This document shows, piece after piece, positions 19,341 to 29,488 of a DNA stretch of 64,000 nucleotides; positions within the stretch are counted from its first letter, which is position 1, and each line of letters opens with the position of its first letter. The DNA is taken from positions 384,001 to 448,000 of the forward strand of contig CAWJSK010000012.1 in NCBI GenBank assembly GCA_963845535.1, given 5' to 3'. The notes beneath the pieces are model-generated. The model was not told the DNA's origin. It saw only the letters and a program-made list of their open reading frames with translations, and did not search any database. Position numbers and translations under genes: made by a program. The DNA comes from an uncultured Spirochaetota bacterium. GTDB lineage: Bacteria; Spirochaetota; Spirochaetia; SZUA-6; Fen-1364.

Positions 19341-19540
19341 GTGACCCAGCAGTCGGTGTGCCTTTGGCGCCGACGCTATCTTGAGCAAGAAATCCAGGGA
19401 CTGCACGACGAATTGCGGGCCGTGCGCCCTCGAAGCATATCCGACGAGATGGTCGCGACGCTGGTTCGGAAGACCCTCCAAACGAAACCGAAGAACGGAA
19501 CACACTGGACGATACGCACTATCGCGAAGGGAACACAACA
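19341..19540 (+). mobile_element. IS630-family transposase, N-terminal HTH relic
   Basis: VCLWRRRY...GLHDELR..RPRSI...TL.TKP..GTHWTIRTIA; sequence becomes unrelated afterwards. Confidence 0.75.
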
Positions 19541-19779
19541 AGACGGATCTCAAATCCCCAATTGCGACGCAAAGAAAGTCCAAACGGCTCCGATCAACTC
19601 TAGTTCGCCAAATGCCATGAGGAATGGCTTTGCAAAACCCAAGAGAACAAAGGCAAGCAACCGGCAGCACTCATGGTTGTCCTTGACCAGTTTCGGGGGA
19701 TTGCAAGAGGGCGGAACGCCCACCAGTCACGACAAGCGGTTCATTGACGCCGCGGCCATGAAATGCGCACCATGGCGAC

Positions 19780-20538
19780 ATGGAAGAGTCGCACCTGGAG
19801 CTGCGCGGTCTTTGCAAGAGCTATGGCAGGCGTGAGGCCGTGCGAGAGCTTTCGCTGTCCGTAAGGCCTGGAGAGGTCGTGGGCCTGCTCGGTCCCAACG
19901 GAGCGGGCAAGTCGACAACAATTGCCATGCTCACGGGTTTTCTCACGCCCACAGACGGGGACATCCTTTGGGACGGGCGTTCCATCTTTTCGCAGTTGCC
20001 GCAGTGGCGCAAACAGATCGGCGTCGTGCTGGAAGACCTCTCCCTGTTCGAATACCTCACCGTCCGGGAACACTTGCTCCTGGTGGGGCAGCTCGCAGGC
20101 TTCGGCCTTCGGGAAACAGAGAAGCGGACCGAAGAGCTTCTGACTTTCTTCCAGCTCGATGAGCACGCGGGAACCGTCGCGGCCGAGGCCTCGCACGGCA
20201 CCCGCAAGAAGCTCGCTTTTGCCCTTGCCCTCATTCACTCTCCGCGCGTGCTTCTGCTGGACGAGGCAACCAACGGGATCGACGCCGTCACGGTGAGCCG
20301 CATCAAAGCCCTGCTGAAGAAGCTTGCATCCAACGGGACCGCAATCATCCTGAGCTCGCACGTGCTGGATTCCATCGAATCGATCATTGGACGGTGCGTC
20401 ATCCTCACCAATGGAAGGATTTCCCTGGACACTCCCCTCGCTGAGATCCGAGGTTCCGGCAGATCGCTGGAAGAAGTGTATACAACGACGCTGTTGGGGT
20501 CCGATCGAGTGAAGCCGGAGCTTTCATGGGTCCCGTAA
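19780..20538 (+). CDS. ABC transporter ATP-binding protein (ABC-2 exporter type)
   Basis: GPNGAGKST, SHGTRKK signature, LLLDE, SSH. Confidence 0.95.
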   Translation: MEESHLELRGLCKSYGRREAVRELSLSVRPGEVVGLLGPNGAGKSTTIAMLTGFLTPTDGDILWDGRSIFSQLPQWRKQIGVVLEDLSLFEYLTVREHLLLVGQLAGFGLRETEKRTEELLTFFQLDEHAGTVAAEASHGTRKKLAFALALIHSPRVLLLDEATNGIDAVTVSRIKALLKKLASNGTAIILSSHVLDSIESIIGRCVILTNGRISLDTPLAEIRGSGRSLEEVYTTTLLGSDRVKPELSWVP

Positions 20539-22064
20539 GGGTCCTCCTCCGCGCAACGCGACTTTCGCGTCGACGCGGAACAAAGCTCCGCTCCCCGCGC
20601 ACTGCCGACATGCTGCTCTATTCGTGGCTGGCGGTTGTGGTGCTCGTGAGATTGACGCAGAACTGTCTCCTGGCCGCGCGGGAGCTCACTCATGGATTCC
20701 ACAACGTGGGGCTGGCGATCACTGAGTTCAGTATGCTCCATTTCCTCGTTGTGGCTTTTCTCTTCCCGTTTCTCGCCTCCGTACTCTCCTTGGGCAGCGC
20801 GGGCCTGAACAGAAGCCGGCTTGCGCTGACCTCGGTAAGGCTGGGAAGCCTTCTTCTCTCCGAGCTGGCGGCGCTTGCCGCGCGTCCTTTGAGCTGGGTC
20901 ATGTTTGTATTCCTCGTTCCCGCGGCCATTCCACTGCTGGCCATTTCCCACTCTGCAATGGCAGTGATTTCATTGTGCGTAACTTTTGTCGGCGCCCTGC
21001 TCCTTGCCGCTGCCGCAGGTCAAGCCCTTGGCATGAGTCGACACGCTCGGGCTTTTGCCGGCGCGTCCCGATTCGTTGTCGCCGCAGTGATGATCGGGCT
21101 CGTCCTGGCCAATTTCGATTTTCAATGGGGCGATAGCTCCATTCAGCTTCTGGTGCGCCGATGGCGGGTCCCGCTGCTGGACTCCCAGGCCGGCGGACTG
21201 CTGCCCGCCCTCCGCCCGTGGAGCCCATCAGCATGGATAGTTCAAGGCTGGCTGTTGCCCAGCCTCCTGTTTGTCGCGGCATCCATGCTTCTCTTCGCTT
21301 TCATGGTGCGCTGGGAGTACAGAACGCAAACGGGCGTATCGACGCCGTCGATACATGTCGCCCCCGCGCGCCGAGTCACCTCCTCGCCTCGTCGGACCCG
21401 GGGGATTCGTTCGCTTCTCTTTCGAAAAGAGCTACGGTCTTTTGGCGCTCGACTCGGGAGTCTCGGCGGAATCACGGCAGCGCTCGCGTTCTCGGCATGG
21501 ATTTGCCTCGAGAAGCAGCCTTTCGTTGGTATCGCGCTTCTGGGGTGCTTCGTGATCTACCTGAGCAATTTCGCATACCCCGCAAATCTGTTTGGAAGCG
21601 ACGGCGGCGCAATACGCCGCTATGCGTTGGCGGGCGTCGCGTGGCCAGACGTAGTCCTTTCCAAAGACCTCGCGTGGGTCAGCGTGATGGCAGTGTCGCT
21701 CGTGCTTGTCATCGCCGCAGACGTCGTGCGAGTCTCCATCGTTTCAGCTCTTTCGCTGGCGCTTGCATGCGCCCTCGTCATTGCGCTCACTCTCTCCTGG
21801 GGAATCATGAGCTCAATCCTCTTTCCCTCCGCGGGACCGCGCTCACGGCCGGCCTTCGCCAACCTGGTGGCGCCATTCCTCTTCTGCGCGGCAGTGTTGA
21901 TGGTGCACCGAAACGTGGCGGTGTTCGGGAGTGCCGGCTTCGACATCGCCACGGCGCTTCTATTCGCCGGCGGCCTTGCGCTTTTTGCGGCTCTGATTCG
22001 ACGGGTTGGGAATAACTTCGACAAAGATCTGGAAGACGTATTGGAAAGAATGCGCGCGAGCTGA
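20526..22064 (+). CDS. Putative ABC exporter membrane permease
   Basis: Multi-TM protein overlapping the ATPase; KELRS and NLFGSDG motifs. Confidence 0.7.
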   Translation: MGPVRVLLRATRLSRRRGTKLRSPRTADMLLYSWLAVVVLVRLTQNCLLAARELTHGFHNVGLAITEFSMLHFLVVAFLFPFLASVLSLGSAGLNRSRLALTSVRLGSLLLSELAALAARPLSWVMFVFLVPAAIPLLAISHSAMAVISLCVTFVGALLLAAAAGQALGMSRHARAFAGASRFVVAAVMIGLVLANFDFQWGDSSIQLLVRRWRVPLLDSQAGGLLPALRPWSPSAWIVQGWLLPSLLFVAASMLLFAFMVRWEYRTQTGVSTPSIHVAPARRVTSSPRRTRGIRSLLFRKELRSFGARLGSLGGITAALAFSAWICLEKQPFVGIALLGCFVIYLSNFAYPANLFGSDGGAIRRYALAGVAWPDVVLSKDLAWVSVMAVSLVLVIAADVVRVSIVSALSLALACALVIALTLSWGIMSSILFPSAGPRSRPAFANLVAPFLFCAAVLMVHRNVAVFGSAGFDIATALLFAGGLALFAALIRRVGNNFDKDLEDVLERMRAS

Positions 22065-22123
22065 GGGGACGCCCCGGACCGCCCGCCACCGGCGGGCCGT
22101 TACCCGCAGGCCGGGCTCAACAC

Positions 22124-22861
22124 TTAGTCGCGAGGCACCAGGCTCTCCACCTGCGTCACGCCGCTTGTCCCGCGGCGGAACACGTGCACCTCCCCGCCCA
22201 TCGCAGAAGGCTGTTCATCCGGCCCGACCACCAGCGCCGTGCCAGATGCAATCCCATACCCGACCGCGCCCATGGGCGACAGTGCCAGAAGGGCCCGCAG
22301 CTCCTCCCACCCTTCGGCCTCGCCATGCGTGTCGCAAATCACTGCGGCAAAGCCGAGGCACGGGAAGGGCTCCGCGCTTTCCTCCACGTCAGGGTCGCGC
22401 CAGCGGATCCACGTGCGCGCCAGCATGATGCTGCCCGCCGAGACGCCGAAGAAAGGCTTCCCCGCTTCGTGCAGCGCGCGAAGGAACCGCGTCATGCGCG
22501 TTTCCCGCAGCACGCGCATCCCCTCCTCGACGTCCCCGCCGGAGACAAAAACGACGTCACAGTCGGTGAGCACGTTCCGAGCCTTCTCCGGGTCCGCGCG
22601 TTTTCCACACAAGGGGGCCAGAGCCACGCTGGAAGCGCCGGCTTTTTTCAGCATGCCGCCAATCATGAGTCGAAAGGCTGCGTTGTCTCCCGACGCTGCC
22701 CCCAGGTACGCCACCCGGGGCCGCGACACGCCGGCCGAAGCAAGCGCCGCGGCAACCAGGGGATCAGGCCCCCGGCGCTTTAAAGCGCTTCGACCGCCGG
22801 GAATGAGAAAGAGCGGAGGCCGTGTGACATCCGTGGACGTATGAGGTCTTGCATCAGTCAT
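22124..22861 (-). CDS. Peptidase S51 / cyanophycinase-like protein
   Basis: YLGAASGD, FVSGG, GVSAGS, DTH. Confidence 0.8.
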   Translation of the reverse strand: MTDARPHTSTDVTRPPLFLIPGGRSALKRRGPDPLVAAALASAGVSRPRVAYLGAASGDNAAFRLMIGGMLKKAGASSVALAPLCGKRADPEKARNVLTDCDVVFVSGGDVEEGMRVLRETRMTRFLRALHEAGKPFFGVSAGSIMLARTWIRWRDPDVEESAEPFPCLGFAAVICDTHGEAEGWEELRALLALSPMGAVGYGIASGTALVVGPDEQPSAMGGEVHVFRRGTSGVTQVESLVPRD

Positions 22862-24198
22862 TTCGGCGCCTCCAACCCAAAAGAGCGGTGGGCCAGCAGA
22901 AACTTGCCGGACTTTTCAGGGTGCAGCTCTTTCACAACGCTCACCGAGACTCTGCATTCCGCGCCCAGGATGCGGTGAAGCGCGTCGCCGGCCTCCTTCA
23001 CCGTTGCCGAGCCGGCACCAGGCTCCCGGACGATAGCAAGGCGCGCCTCCCCGGGCGCGTCCTGGTCCAGCCTGTACTGCTCCAGGCCGTCAACGCGGGA
23101 AAGCGCCAGGTCCATCTCACGGTGGGTCACCAGGCTGCCCTCCGCCACAAAGAGGCTCTTCAACCTGCCTTCAATAGAAGAAAGGGTGATCCCGAAGTTT
23201 CTCCCGCACGGGCACGGGGTATCCGCAACGCGCCCAAGGTCCCCCACCTCGAAGCGCACCAGCGGGAACCATTCGTTGCCGAACGTCGTGGCAAGGATCT
23301 TGCCAACGCCGCCGGGGCGCGGCTCGCAATCCGAGCCAACGCTGTCCAGAAGCCCCGGGATGGGAGCCAGGTCCACCCTGCAGGAGTCCGTGTTCTGATG
23401 GAGGTTCCCGTGCTCGCACTGCATGAACACGTAACCCGCCTCCGTGGAGCCGTAGGAGCTCGCCAGAGGTGAGCTGTACACCGTGCGGATGTCGCGCAAA
23501 TGAAGCGCGGAAATGAACTCATACGTGAAAACGATCAAGGGCGGCTGCCAGACAGCAGCCCCCGTGCGCGCCGCGTAGCGCGCAACCCGCGCAAGGAGTG
23601 ACGGGTTGGCTTCCAGCACCGCCGGCTTGAGCTCGGCCAACTCGGACAAGATGCGTTTTTCATGCCCTTCGGGCCACTGCGCGGTGCTGCCGTACTCGTT
23701 CAAAAAAAGGAACCGGCCAAGCCTCCGCGTCTGCCTGTCCAAAGGGGCGCTTTCGGAGCGCGGCCCCACGGAAAGCGCGCTTCCAAGGATGGCTTCAAAG
23801 TGCTGCCCCGTGGCCACACGTGAGGCAACGGAATTGAGTTGCCAGGACATGCGTTCCGAGGCGTCCCACCAGCGCTGGTTCCAGATGTTCTCCAAAGCCT
23901 CATCCGATGTCCCGCTCGTGCGGACAAAGCTCACTTCCCCGCGGGAGATGGCGGCATCCAGGTTCAGGCCCCGAGGGACCAGACCGTAGGGGAAAGCGGC
24001 GCGGATGCCGTCTTTGGTGAGGATGGGGAGGGACCTGTATCGTTCGTCAATGCTTCGAGCGGCGCCGGGGTCGAGGCTACGCCACGCCTCGTACATCGGC
24101 GTGCGCTGGAGGGCGGTCTCCAGGGTGAGGCGGCAATTGGCTTCGTAGAAAGAACGAGCGGTCCCACGGTGGAGACCGCCCTGTTCGGTCGATGGCAT
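22858..24198 (-). CDS. Phenylacetate-CoA ligase-like adenylate-forming enzyme
   Basis: LPILTKD, RTSGTS, SYGSTEAG, VRFEVGDLG, CPCGR, IEGR, SGKF. Confidence 0.8.
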   Translation of the reverse strand: MPSTEQGGLHRGTARSFYEANCRLTLETALQRTPMYEAWRSLDPGAARSIDERYRSLPILTKDGIRAAFPYGLVPRGLNLDAAISRGEVSFVRTSGTSDEALENIWNQRWWDASERMSWQLNSVASRVATGQHFEAILGSALSVGPRSESAPLDRQTRRLGRFLFLNEYGSTAQWPEGHEKRILSELAELKPAVLEANPSLLARVARYAARTGAAVWQPPLIVFTYEFISALHLRDIRTVYSSPLASSYGSTEAGYVFMQCEHGNLHQNTDSCRVDLAPIPGLLDSVGSDCEPRPGGVGKILATTFGNEWFPLVRFEVGDLGRVADTPCPCGRNFGITLSSIEGRLKSLFVAEGSLVTHREMDLALSRVDGLEQYRLDQDAPGEARLAIVREPGAGSATVKEAGDALHRILGAECRVSVSVVKELHPEKSGKFLLAHRSFGLEAPK

Positions 24199-24205
24199 GA
24201 GGCCT

Positions 24206-25021
24206 CTAGTAGGATCCCAATGTTGTCGTGACCCCGGTCTCTATCTGCACGAGCTCTCCGCCGGAGGTGGAATTGTTTTTCGGGTTGGTGCCAATGAACT
24301 TCACCATGTAGCCCGGGACTGTCTTGCTGATCCAGCTCTCTCCCTTGTAGCCGTTCTTGGGGTCCGTGTAGGAGTAGTGGTCAGCGGTGAAAGTTCCCGC
24401 CTTCACCTGGACGCTTTCCGTTCCAACAAGGTAGTTGGCGAGCTGTTGCCGCGTGGGTTGGGACGGCATCCCCTGCTGCTGAGAGACGGAATTGTCGGGA
24501 ATGAACTCTCCGATCTGCCCGGACCCGGGGTCCTTGTAGCGCACCTTCTGGACCGTCATGTCAGGGTTCACAAGGAACTCGTAGACGATCTCATTCTTTT
24601 CGCCGGTGATCTTGAGCCGCCACCACTGGGACTTGTCGTCATTGATCTTCAGGAAAGCCCGTTCGAACATCGTCGGCCCCTTGGAGTTGCGGGAGCTCGT
24701 GATCTGCCACACGGTTCCCTGTCCTGCCTTGTAGTTGGCGTCCTTATAACCGAACCAGCCGAAGTTCCACATCGCCCCATAGAACGCGTTGAACTGGTAC
24801 TGATAGGCAACGGCGGCCCCGGGGGAAGGCTGCTGGCTCTGTTGGGCCGGCTCTTGAGCGGGCTGGCTTTGCTGCGCGGGCTGTGCCTGCTGCTGGGAGC
24901 TCTGGCCCGCGGCGGCTGAAACGGCCGAACCCATCGAGAAGCACCCGGAAAGGCTCAGCGTAATCCCAATGCCGACTGCCGCAACGATCAGCAGACGGCG
25001 TGAGAAGGTCGTTTTTGTCAT
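24206..25021 (-). CDS. Hypothetical lipoprotein with Q/P-rich linker
   Basis: Lipobox LSGC; GTESVQVKAGTF...W.S..VPG..VK C-terminal motif. Confidence 0.7.
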   Translation of the reverse strand: MTKTTFSRRLLIVAAVGIGITLSLSGCFSMGSAVSAAAGQSSQQQAQPAQQSQPAQEPAQQSQQPSPGAAVAYQYQFNAFYGAMWNFGWFGYKDANYKAGQGTVWQITSSRNSKGPTMFERAFLKINDDKSQWWRLKITGEKNEIVYEFLVNPDMTVQKVRYKDPGSGQIGEFIPDNSVSQQQGMPSQPTRQQLANYLVGTESVQVKAGTFTADHYSYTDPKNGYKGESWISKTVPGYMVKFIGTNPKNNSTSGGELVQIETGVTTTLGSY

Positions 25022-25090
25022 GCAGGGATCCTCCTTGTGGGACGCAGTATAACCACGCCTTGCTTCTGTTGGCAATGCGTCGGGCTTGCC

Positions 25091-25357
25091 TCAAGCAATC
25101 CGAAACGCCATCAGGAGGAGCCGGATGAAGATGAGAAACCAGCCGGCAACAAGGATGACAAGCGCAACCCTCCGCGCCGCTGATACCAGAATGACGAACA
25201 GGGTCAGAAGGGCCAGGTATCCTATGGGCTCCGCCAGCGTGTTGAGCGTTGTCACGGACGGCAGGATGTAGTGAACGACGTCTACGATAACCTGACCGAT
25301 GAACCGCGCAAACGTCGAAAGAAAACCGAAGATCTGCGTGAGAAGATCAGGCTTCAT
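25091..25357 (-). CDS. Small hypothetical membrane protein
   Basis: Likely start MKPDLL; 2-3 hydrophobic helices. Confidence 0.6.
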   Translation of the reverse strand: MKPDLLTQIFGFLSTFARFIGQVIVDVVHYILPSVTTLNTLAEPIGYLALLTLFVILVSAARRVALVILVAGWFLIFIRLLLMAFRIA

Positions 25358-25496
25358 GGGTGCGGCCCCTCCCAGCGCGAGTATAGACCCTGGTTCCCGC
25401 CGGCACAACTCTCCCCGTACCGCGTCTCCCCGTGCCGCGTCTCCCCGAAAGACATCTTCCCGGACGGCGACGCTTGGTGTATCCTCACGCCCTGCT

Positions 25497-26645
25497 ATGA
25501 AGGCGCGCATGCCGTCACTCACATCGTCGTCCGGCCGGGCGTCCCGATCTGAGGTTCTCTCTCAGCTTCGACAGGCGAAAAATGCTGAGAGAGTGGTCGG
25601 GGCTCTGGAAACATCGTCAGAGCCCACCGCGGTGCTCAACGAGGAGCGCCAGGTCGTTTTTGCCAACCAGGCGTTTCAAGAGCTCGTGGGGGCGGACGGG
25701 GTGGAGGAGATGTGCGGGGCGCGGCCCGGGGAGGCGCTGGGCTGCCTGAACGCCACGCAGGGGTGCGGCGACTCTCCTGCCTGCCGCTTCTGCGGCGTGG
25801 CCCAGGCCATCATTGAGACGCTGCGCACCGCAAAGCCGTTGCAACGGGAGTGTCACATCGCGGCGGCAGAGGGGGAGCGTACCGTCCCTCATGACTTCAT
25901 TGTTCGTACTACCCCATTCACGCTTGGAGAAAAGCCGTTCGTGCTCATGAGCCTTCACGACGTGAGCCAGCAGAAACGACGCAACGCTTTGGAGAGGATA
26001 TTCTTCCACGACATCCTGAACACAGCCTCCAGCATCAAAGTCCACCTCGAGCTGCTGAAGAAAGAGGTGCCCGTGAACGGCGCCGCCAGACTTGTCAGCC
26101 GGTTGGAGTCGATCTGTGAAACGCTTGTGGAGGAAATCCAGGGCCAGAAAATCCTCCTCTCCGCGGAGAACGGAACCCTTTCGGTGGGGAGGGACCTGAT
26201 CGAATCACAATCCGTGAGCACGCAGGTCATTGCTCAGCTCGAGGGTCAGCAGATCTCCCAGGGAAAAAAGATGGAGATTGCCCCTTTCTCGGAATCCTTC
26301 GTTTTCGTCTCCGACGACTCCCTGGTGAAGCGGGTGCTGGAAAACATGCTGAAAAATGCGCTGGAAGCAGCGCACGAGGGGACGGTCGTCACGGTCCGCT
26401 TCGGCAGGTCCGACGGGAACGCCCTTTTCGAGGTGCACAACCCCGGATGCATGGAAGAGGCGGTTCAGCGGCAGATCTTCCGCCGCTACTTCTCGACCAA
26501 GGGACAGGATAGAGGACTGGGAACCTGGAGCATGAAGCTCCTCGGGGAAGACTACCTCGGCGGCGCAGTCAGCTTCCGCTCCAGTATCGAGGAAGGCACA
26601 ACGTTCTCTTTGCGTATCCCCCTGAAACCGCGCTCGAGCGACTGA
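25497..26645 (+). CDS. PAS-domain sensor histidine kinase
   Basis: Cys-rich PAS (RPGEALGC...CG.S..CRFCG), FFHDILN H-box, NMLKNALEA, FSTKG...GLG. Start uncertain. Confidence 0.9.
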   Translation: MKARMPSLTSSSGRASRSEVLSQLRQAKNAERVVGALETSSEPTAVLNEERQVVFANQAFQELVGADGVEEMCGARPGEALGCLNATQGCGDSPACRFCGVAQAIIETLRTAKPLQRECHIAAAEGERTVPHDFIVRTTPFTLGEKPFVLMSLHDVSQQKRRNALERIFFHDILNTASSIKVHLELLKKEVPVNGAARLVSRLESICETLVEEIQGQKILLSAENGTLSVGRDLIESQSVSTQVIAQLEGQQISQGKKMEIAPFSESFVFVSDDSLVKRVLENMLKNALEAAHEGTVVTVRFGRSDGNALFEVHNPGCMEEAVQRQIFRRYFSTKGQDRGLGTWSMKLLGEDYLGGAVSFRSSIEEGTTFSLRIPLKPRSSD

Positions 26646-26653
26646 CGCGCGGA

Positions 26654-27898
26654 CTATCCGATCAACCGACGTATCCTGTCGTCCAGCGCTTTCTGGTCAG
26701 CCGTGAATGAGGCAAGCCCGGCGGCCGTGAGGAGCGCGTCAACGGCAAGCTCACCTGCCTGGATTCTTTGCGCCCACCGCGAATGCTTCGGGATCTTGCC
26801 ATCCGACGCTATGAATGACGCGTCCTGCTGGCTCACGCGAGGGAAAATGCTCCCCGCCCCCAGCTCGTGCGCCCGGTCCGCCAGCTCCTGCGCGGAACCG
26901 GGAACCTGCTTGACGAGGGAATCCGCCAGCTTCTCTTCTTTTTCCGTGACGTCCCACAGCGCGGACAGCCCCGACTTCCCGGGATCCACCCCCGGGGCAA
27001 GAGCCACGCGATAGCTCTCCTCGAGCTTCGACGTCCATTTCCCGTCCAGCTTTTCCCGCGCCTCCGCGGCGGTGGCCGTGGGTATGGTCATGACGTCCAC
27101 GCCGGCAAGGTCCCGCACCTGGGAGCCGCCGCGCATGCTGGCGGCGATCTGCCGGGTGGGTTTTTTGGCCTCACGCGACACCTTTGTGACGGCGGCCTGG
27201 CTCGCCAGAGTCGCCTTCTCTCCCACCATGAGGCCATCCCCAAGAGCGTTGTCCACGACGTACGAGTTCAGCCTTCCCAGGAACACGTTCACATAGCTGG
27301 GGGAGGCAAAACGGGCAATAAGGTAGTTCTCCCGGGCGCTGAATCCGAGGGTGAAGTTCACCGGGATCCCTTCACCGCGCAGGGTGCGCGTGGAAATGAA
27401 TCCAGCCGCCGTAAACGGCACTTTGACGATGAAGTTCTTGGGCGATATGCGGGAAAACCGCCGGCCGTAGGAAACCGCGGCATCCACGTCATCCGCCGTG
27501 GCAGTGTGAAGCTCCACGCTCACCAGTGCGTTGAAGCGTTTCACGAGCCGCAGGCCGTGGAGCGCGTTCAGGATGAAGGCGATCTCCATGACCCGCTGCG
27601 GCTCGTCCAGGGAACCCAGAAGACGTCCCGCGTCGCGGACCACATCGTCATAAATGCCTTTCTGGACCTCCTTGTTCAGGAGCGTGTTATTCGTCGTAAG
27701 CGCGCTGAACTCCCGCGTCCATACCTTGGATGCGGCGTCCATGTCACCCGTATCCAGCCACAGCTCGGTGCCGACACCGCGCAGTCCCTTCCAAAAGGAA
27801 TCCTCGGAAAATGAAAGCGTCTTTTCCTCCCGCGCTGACTTCTCCAGAACGAAGTCATGCACGAGGTCAGAGACGCTCTTTGTCAGTCCACTCTTCAT
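26654..27898 (-). CDS. Transaldolase-family protein
   Basis: WLDTGD, TTNNTLL, VSVE, VKVP, NFTLGFS, FLGR, AASMR. Confidence 0.85.
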   Translation of the reverse strand: MKSGLTKSVSDLVHDFVLEKSAREEKTLSFSEDSFWKGLRGVGTELWLDTGDMDAASKVWTREFSALTTNNTLLNKEVQKGIYDDVVRDAGRLLGSLDEPQRVMEIAFILNALHGLRLVKRFNALVSVELHTATADDVDAAVSYGRRFSRISPKNFIVKVPFTAAGFISTRTLRGEGIPVNFTLGFSARENYLIARFASPSYVNVFLGRLNSYVVDNALGDGLMVGEKATLASQAAVTKVSREAKKPTRQIAASMRGGSQVRDLAGVDVMTIPTATAAEAREKLDGKWTSKLEESYRVALAPGVDPGKSGLSALWDVTEKEEKLADSLVKQVPGSAQELADRAHELGAGSIFPRVSQQDASFIASDGKIPKHSRWAQRIQAGELAVDALLTAAGLASFTADQKALDDRIRRLIG

Positions 27899-27958
27899 GA
27901 GAAAAAGGTGCGCATGAGGCGGGACAAAAGCAAGCTGAGCGCGACGCGGCGTTCGGGG

Positions 27959-28972
27959 TCAGGCTTCGCGCGGCAGCGCAGCCGGCGCCGAAACCAGGCC
28001 TCTTTGGGCGAACCATCCCCACGTGTCCCTGATGGTTTCCTCGAGGTCACGGGGCTTGTACCCGATCTCCCGCTCCGCGCGCTGGTGGCTGATCAGGCGG
28101 TTGCCTCGGAGGGCCGCAAGGGAATAGCCGGTGAAAAGCGGCTCCTTGGCAAACAAGAGGGAGAACAGCGCGGAGAACGGCGCGCCTATCCTGGCCAGGG
28201 GGTACGGGCACGTCATGCGGGGGGCGCGCCTGCCGGCAACGTCGCAGACGAGGCGCACCATTTCCCCCATGGAAGCCCATCTGCCGCCCAGGAGGTATCG
28301 CGCGCCTTTCGGCGCGCGCTCGGCCGCGCGGAGCGCGCCTTCCGCGACGTCCCGCACGTCCACCCAGTCATAGCCGCCGTCGATCAGCATGGGGATTGCC
28401 CCGGTGCCGAAGGCGATGATTGCCCGCCCCATAAGGGACGGTCGGATATCGAAAGGTCCGACCACCGCCGTGGGACTGACGATGACCGCGTCCATGCCGT
28501 CCGCAATGGCTTTTCGCACTTCGATTTCAGCCAGTGCCTTGGAAAGCGCATACGGAGAGCCTGTCCTGCCGTCCTCCAGGGACCGGTCCTCATCCAGGGT
28601 CGAATCCAGCGGCTTGGGGCTGAATGCCTCGATCGAGCTGAAATGGACGAGCCTCCTCACCCCCGCGGCCCGGCATGCCTCAATGACGTTGCGTGTTCCT
28701 GTCACGTTGGTCTTCGTGACCTCCGGAACGTCACGACGGGTGATCGAGATGCGCGCCGCCGCGTGGAACACGATCTGTGCGCCGGCAAACGCGCGCCGCA
28801 GAGATTCGGGGTCCTCCAGGGAAGCCTCCACCGTGGTGAGGGGCAGCCCTTCCAGCCCCGTGGTTTGTTTGTGCACCACTGCCCGGACGGAATAACCGCG
28901 TTCGCACAAAAGCGTGGCGAGCGCGGTTCCCACGTGACCGGTCGAACCTGTTAGTGCAACGTTCATTGGCAT
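27959..28972 (-). CDS. NAD-dependent epimerase/dehydratase (DFR/HpnA-like)
   Basis: TGSTGHVG, FHAAA, YALSK, VDVRDVA. Confidence 0.9.
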   Translation of the reverse strand: MPMNVALTGSTGHVGTALATLLCERGYSVRAVVHKQTTGLEGLPLTTVEASLEDPESLRRAFAGAQIVFHAAARISITRRDVPEVTKTNVTGTRNVIEACRAAGVRRLVHFSSIEAFSPKPLDSTLDEDRSLEDGRTGSPYALSKALAEIEVRKAIADGMDAVIVSPTAVVGPFDIRPSLMGRAIIAFGTGAIPMLIDGGYDWVDVRDVAEGALRAAERAPKGARYLLGGRWASMGEMVRLVCDVAGRRAPRMTCPYPLARIGAPFSALFSLLFAKEPLFTGYSLAALRGNRLISHQRAEREIGYKPRDLEETIRDTWGWFAQRGLVSAPAALPREA

Positions 28973-29003
28973 GTTTGGGCTCCCTGGATTGCCGAAGGAT
29001 ATC

Positions 29004-29435
29004 CTATTCCCAGCTTATCTTGAAGCCGCCCGCGCTCATTTCGATGTTCGGCGGCCTTCGACGCGTCAGGACGGCCACCGCCGTAAGGCCGCCCGTCAGC
29101 ACGCACACCGCCCCGCCGCCCACAAGGAGCCCAAGCTTGCTCGTAGGCTCGGGGTCGAGGAAGGCGAGCACCACCATGATCATGCCTGCCGCGCTTACTC
29201 CCACCGCAACCCCGACCGCGGTCCAGTCAGCCGCGGACAGCCCCGCCTTGATCCCCATGGCGACCAGAGACTGGCTCTGCGGGTCGATCCCCACGCGCGC
29301 GTCATCCACGAGCAGCACCGGCTGCCTGTCCTTGTATGCCCTGGCAAGGCGCTCGAACCATCCCTGTTGGCTCGTGCGGATCGTGCCGTCTGATTCCGCC
29401 GGTGGGCGGGCCTGGGGCAACCACGGAAGTCTCAT
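29004..29435 (-). CDS. Hypothetical membrane protein
   Basis: Two hydrophobic helices flanking DPEPTSKL. Confidence 0.55.
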   Translation of the reverse strand: MRLPWLPQARPPAESDGTIRTSQQGWFERLARAYKDRQPVLLVDDARVGIDPQSQSLVAMGIKAGLSAADWTAVGVAVGVSAAGMIMVVLAFLDPEPTSKLGLLVGGGAVCVLTGGLTAVAVLTRRRPPNIEMSAGGFKISWE

Positions 29436-29488
29436 GCCGCCATTGTGTCCCAAATCCACGGAATGGTGTAGAGTGCCTGCCACGATCC

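Noticed and set aside
13596..19540. Composite transposon bounded by the two IS630 relics
   Set aside because: The pieces are non-overlapping C- and N-terminal fragments; I could not identify shared ends or a target duplication.
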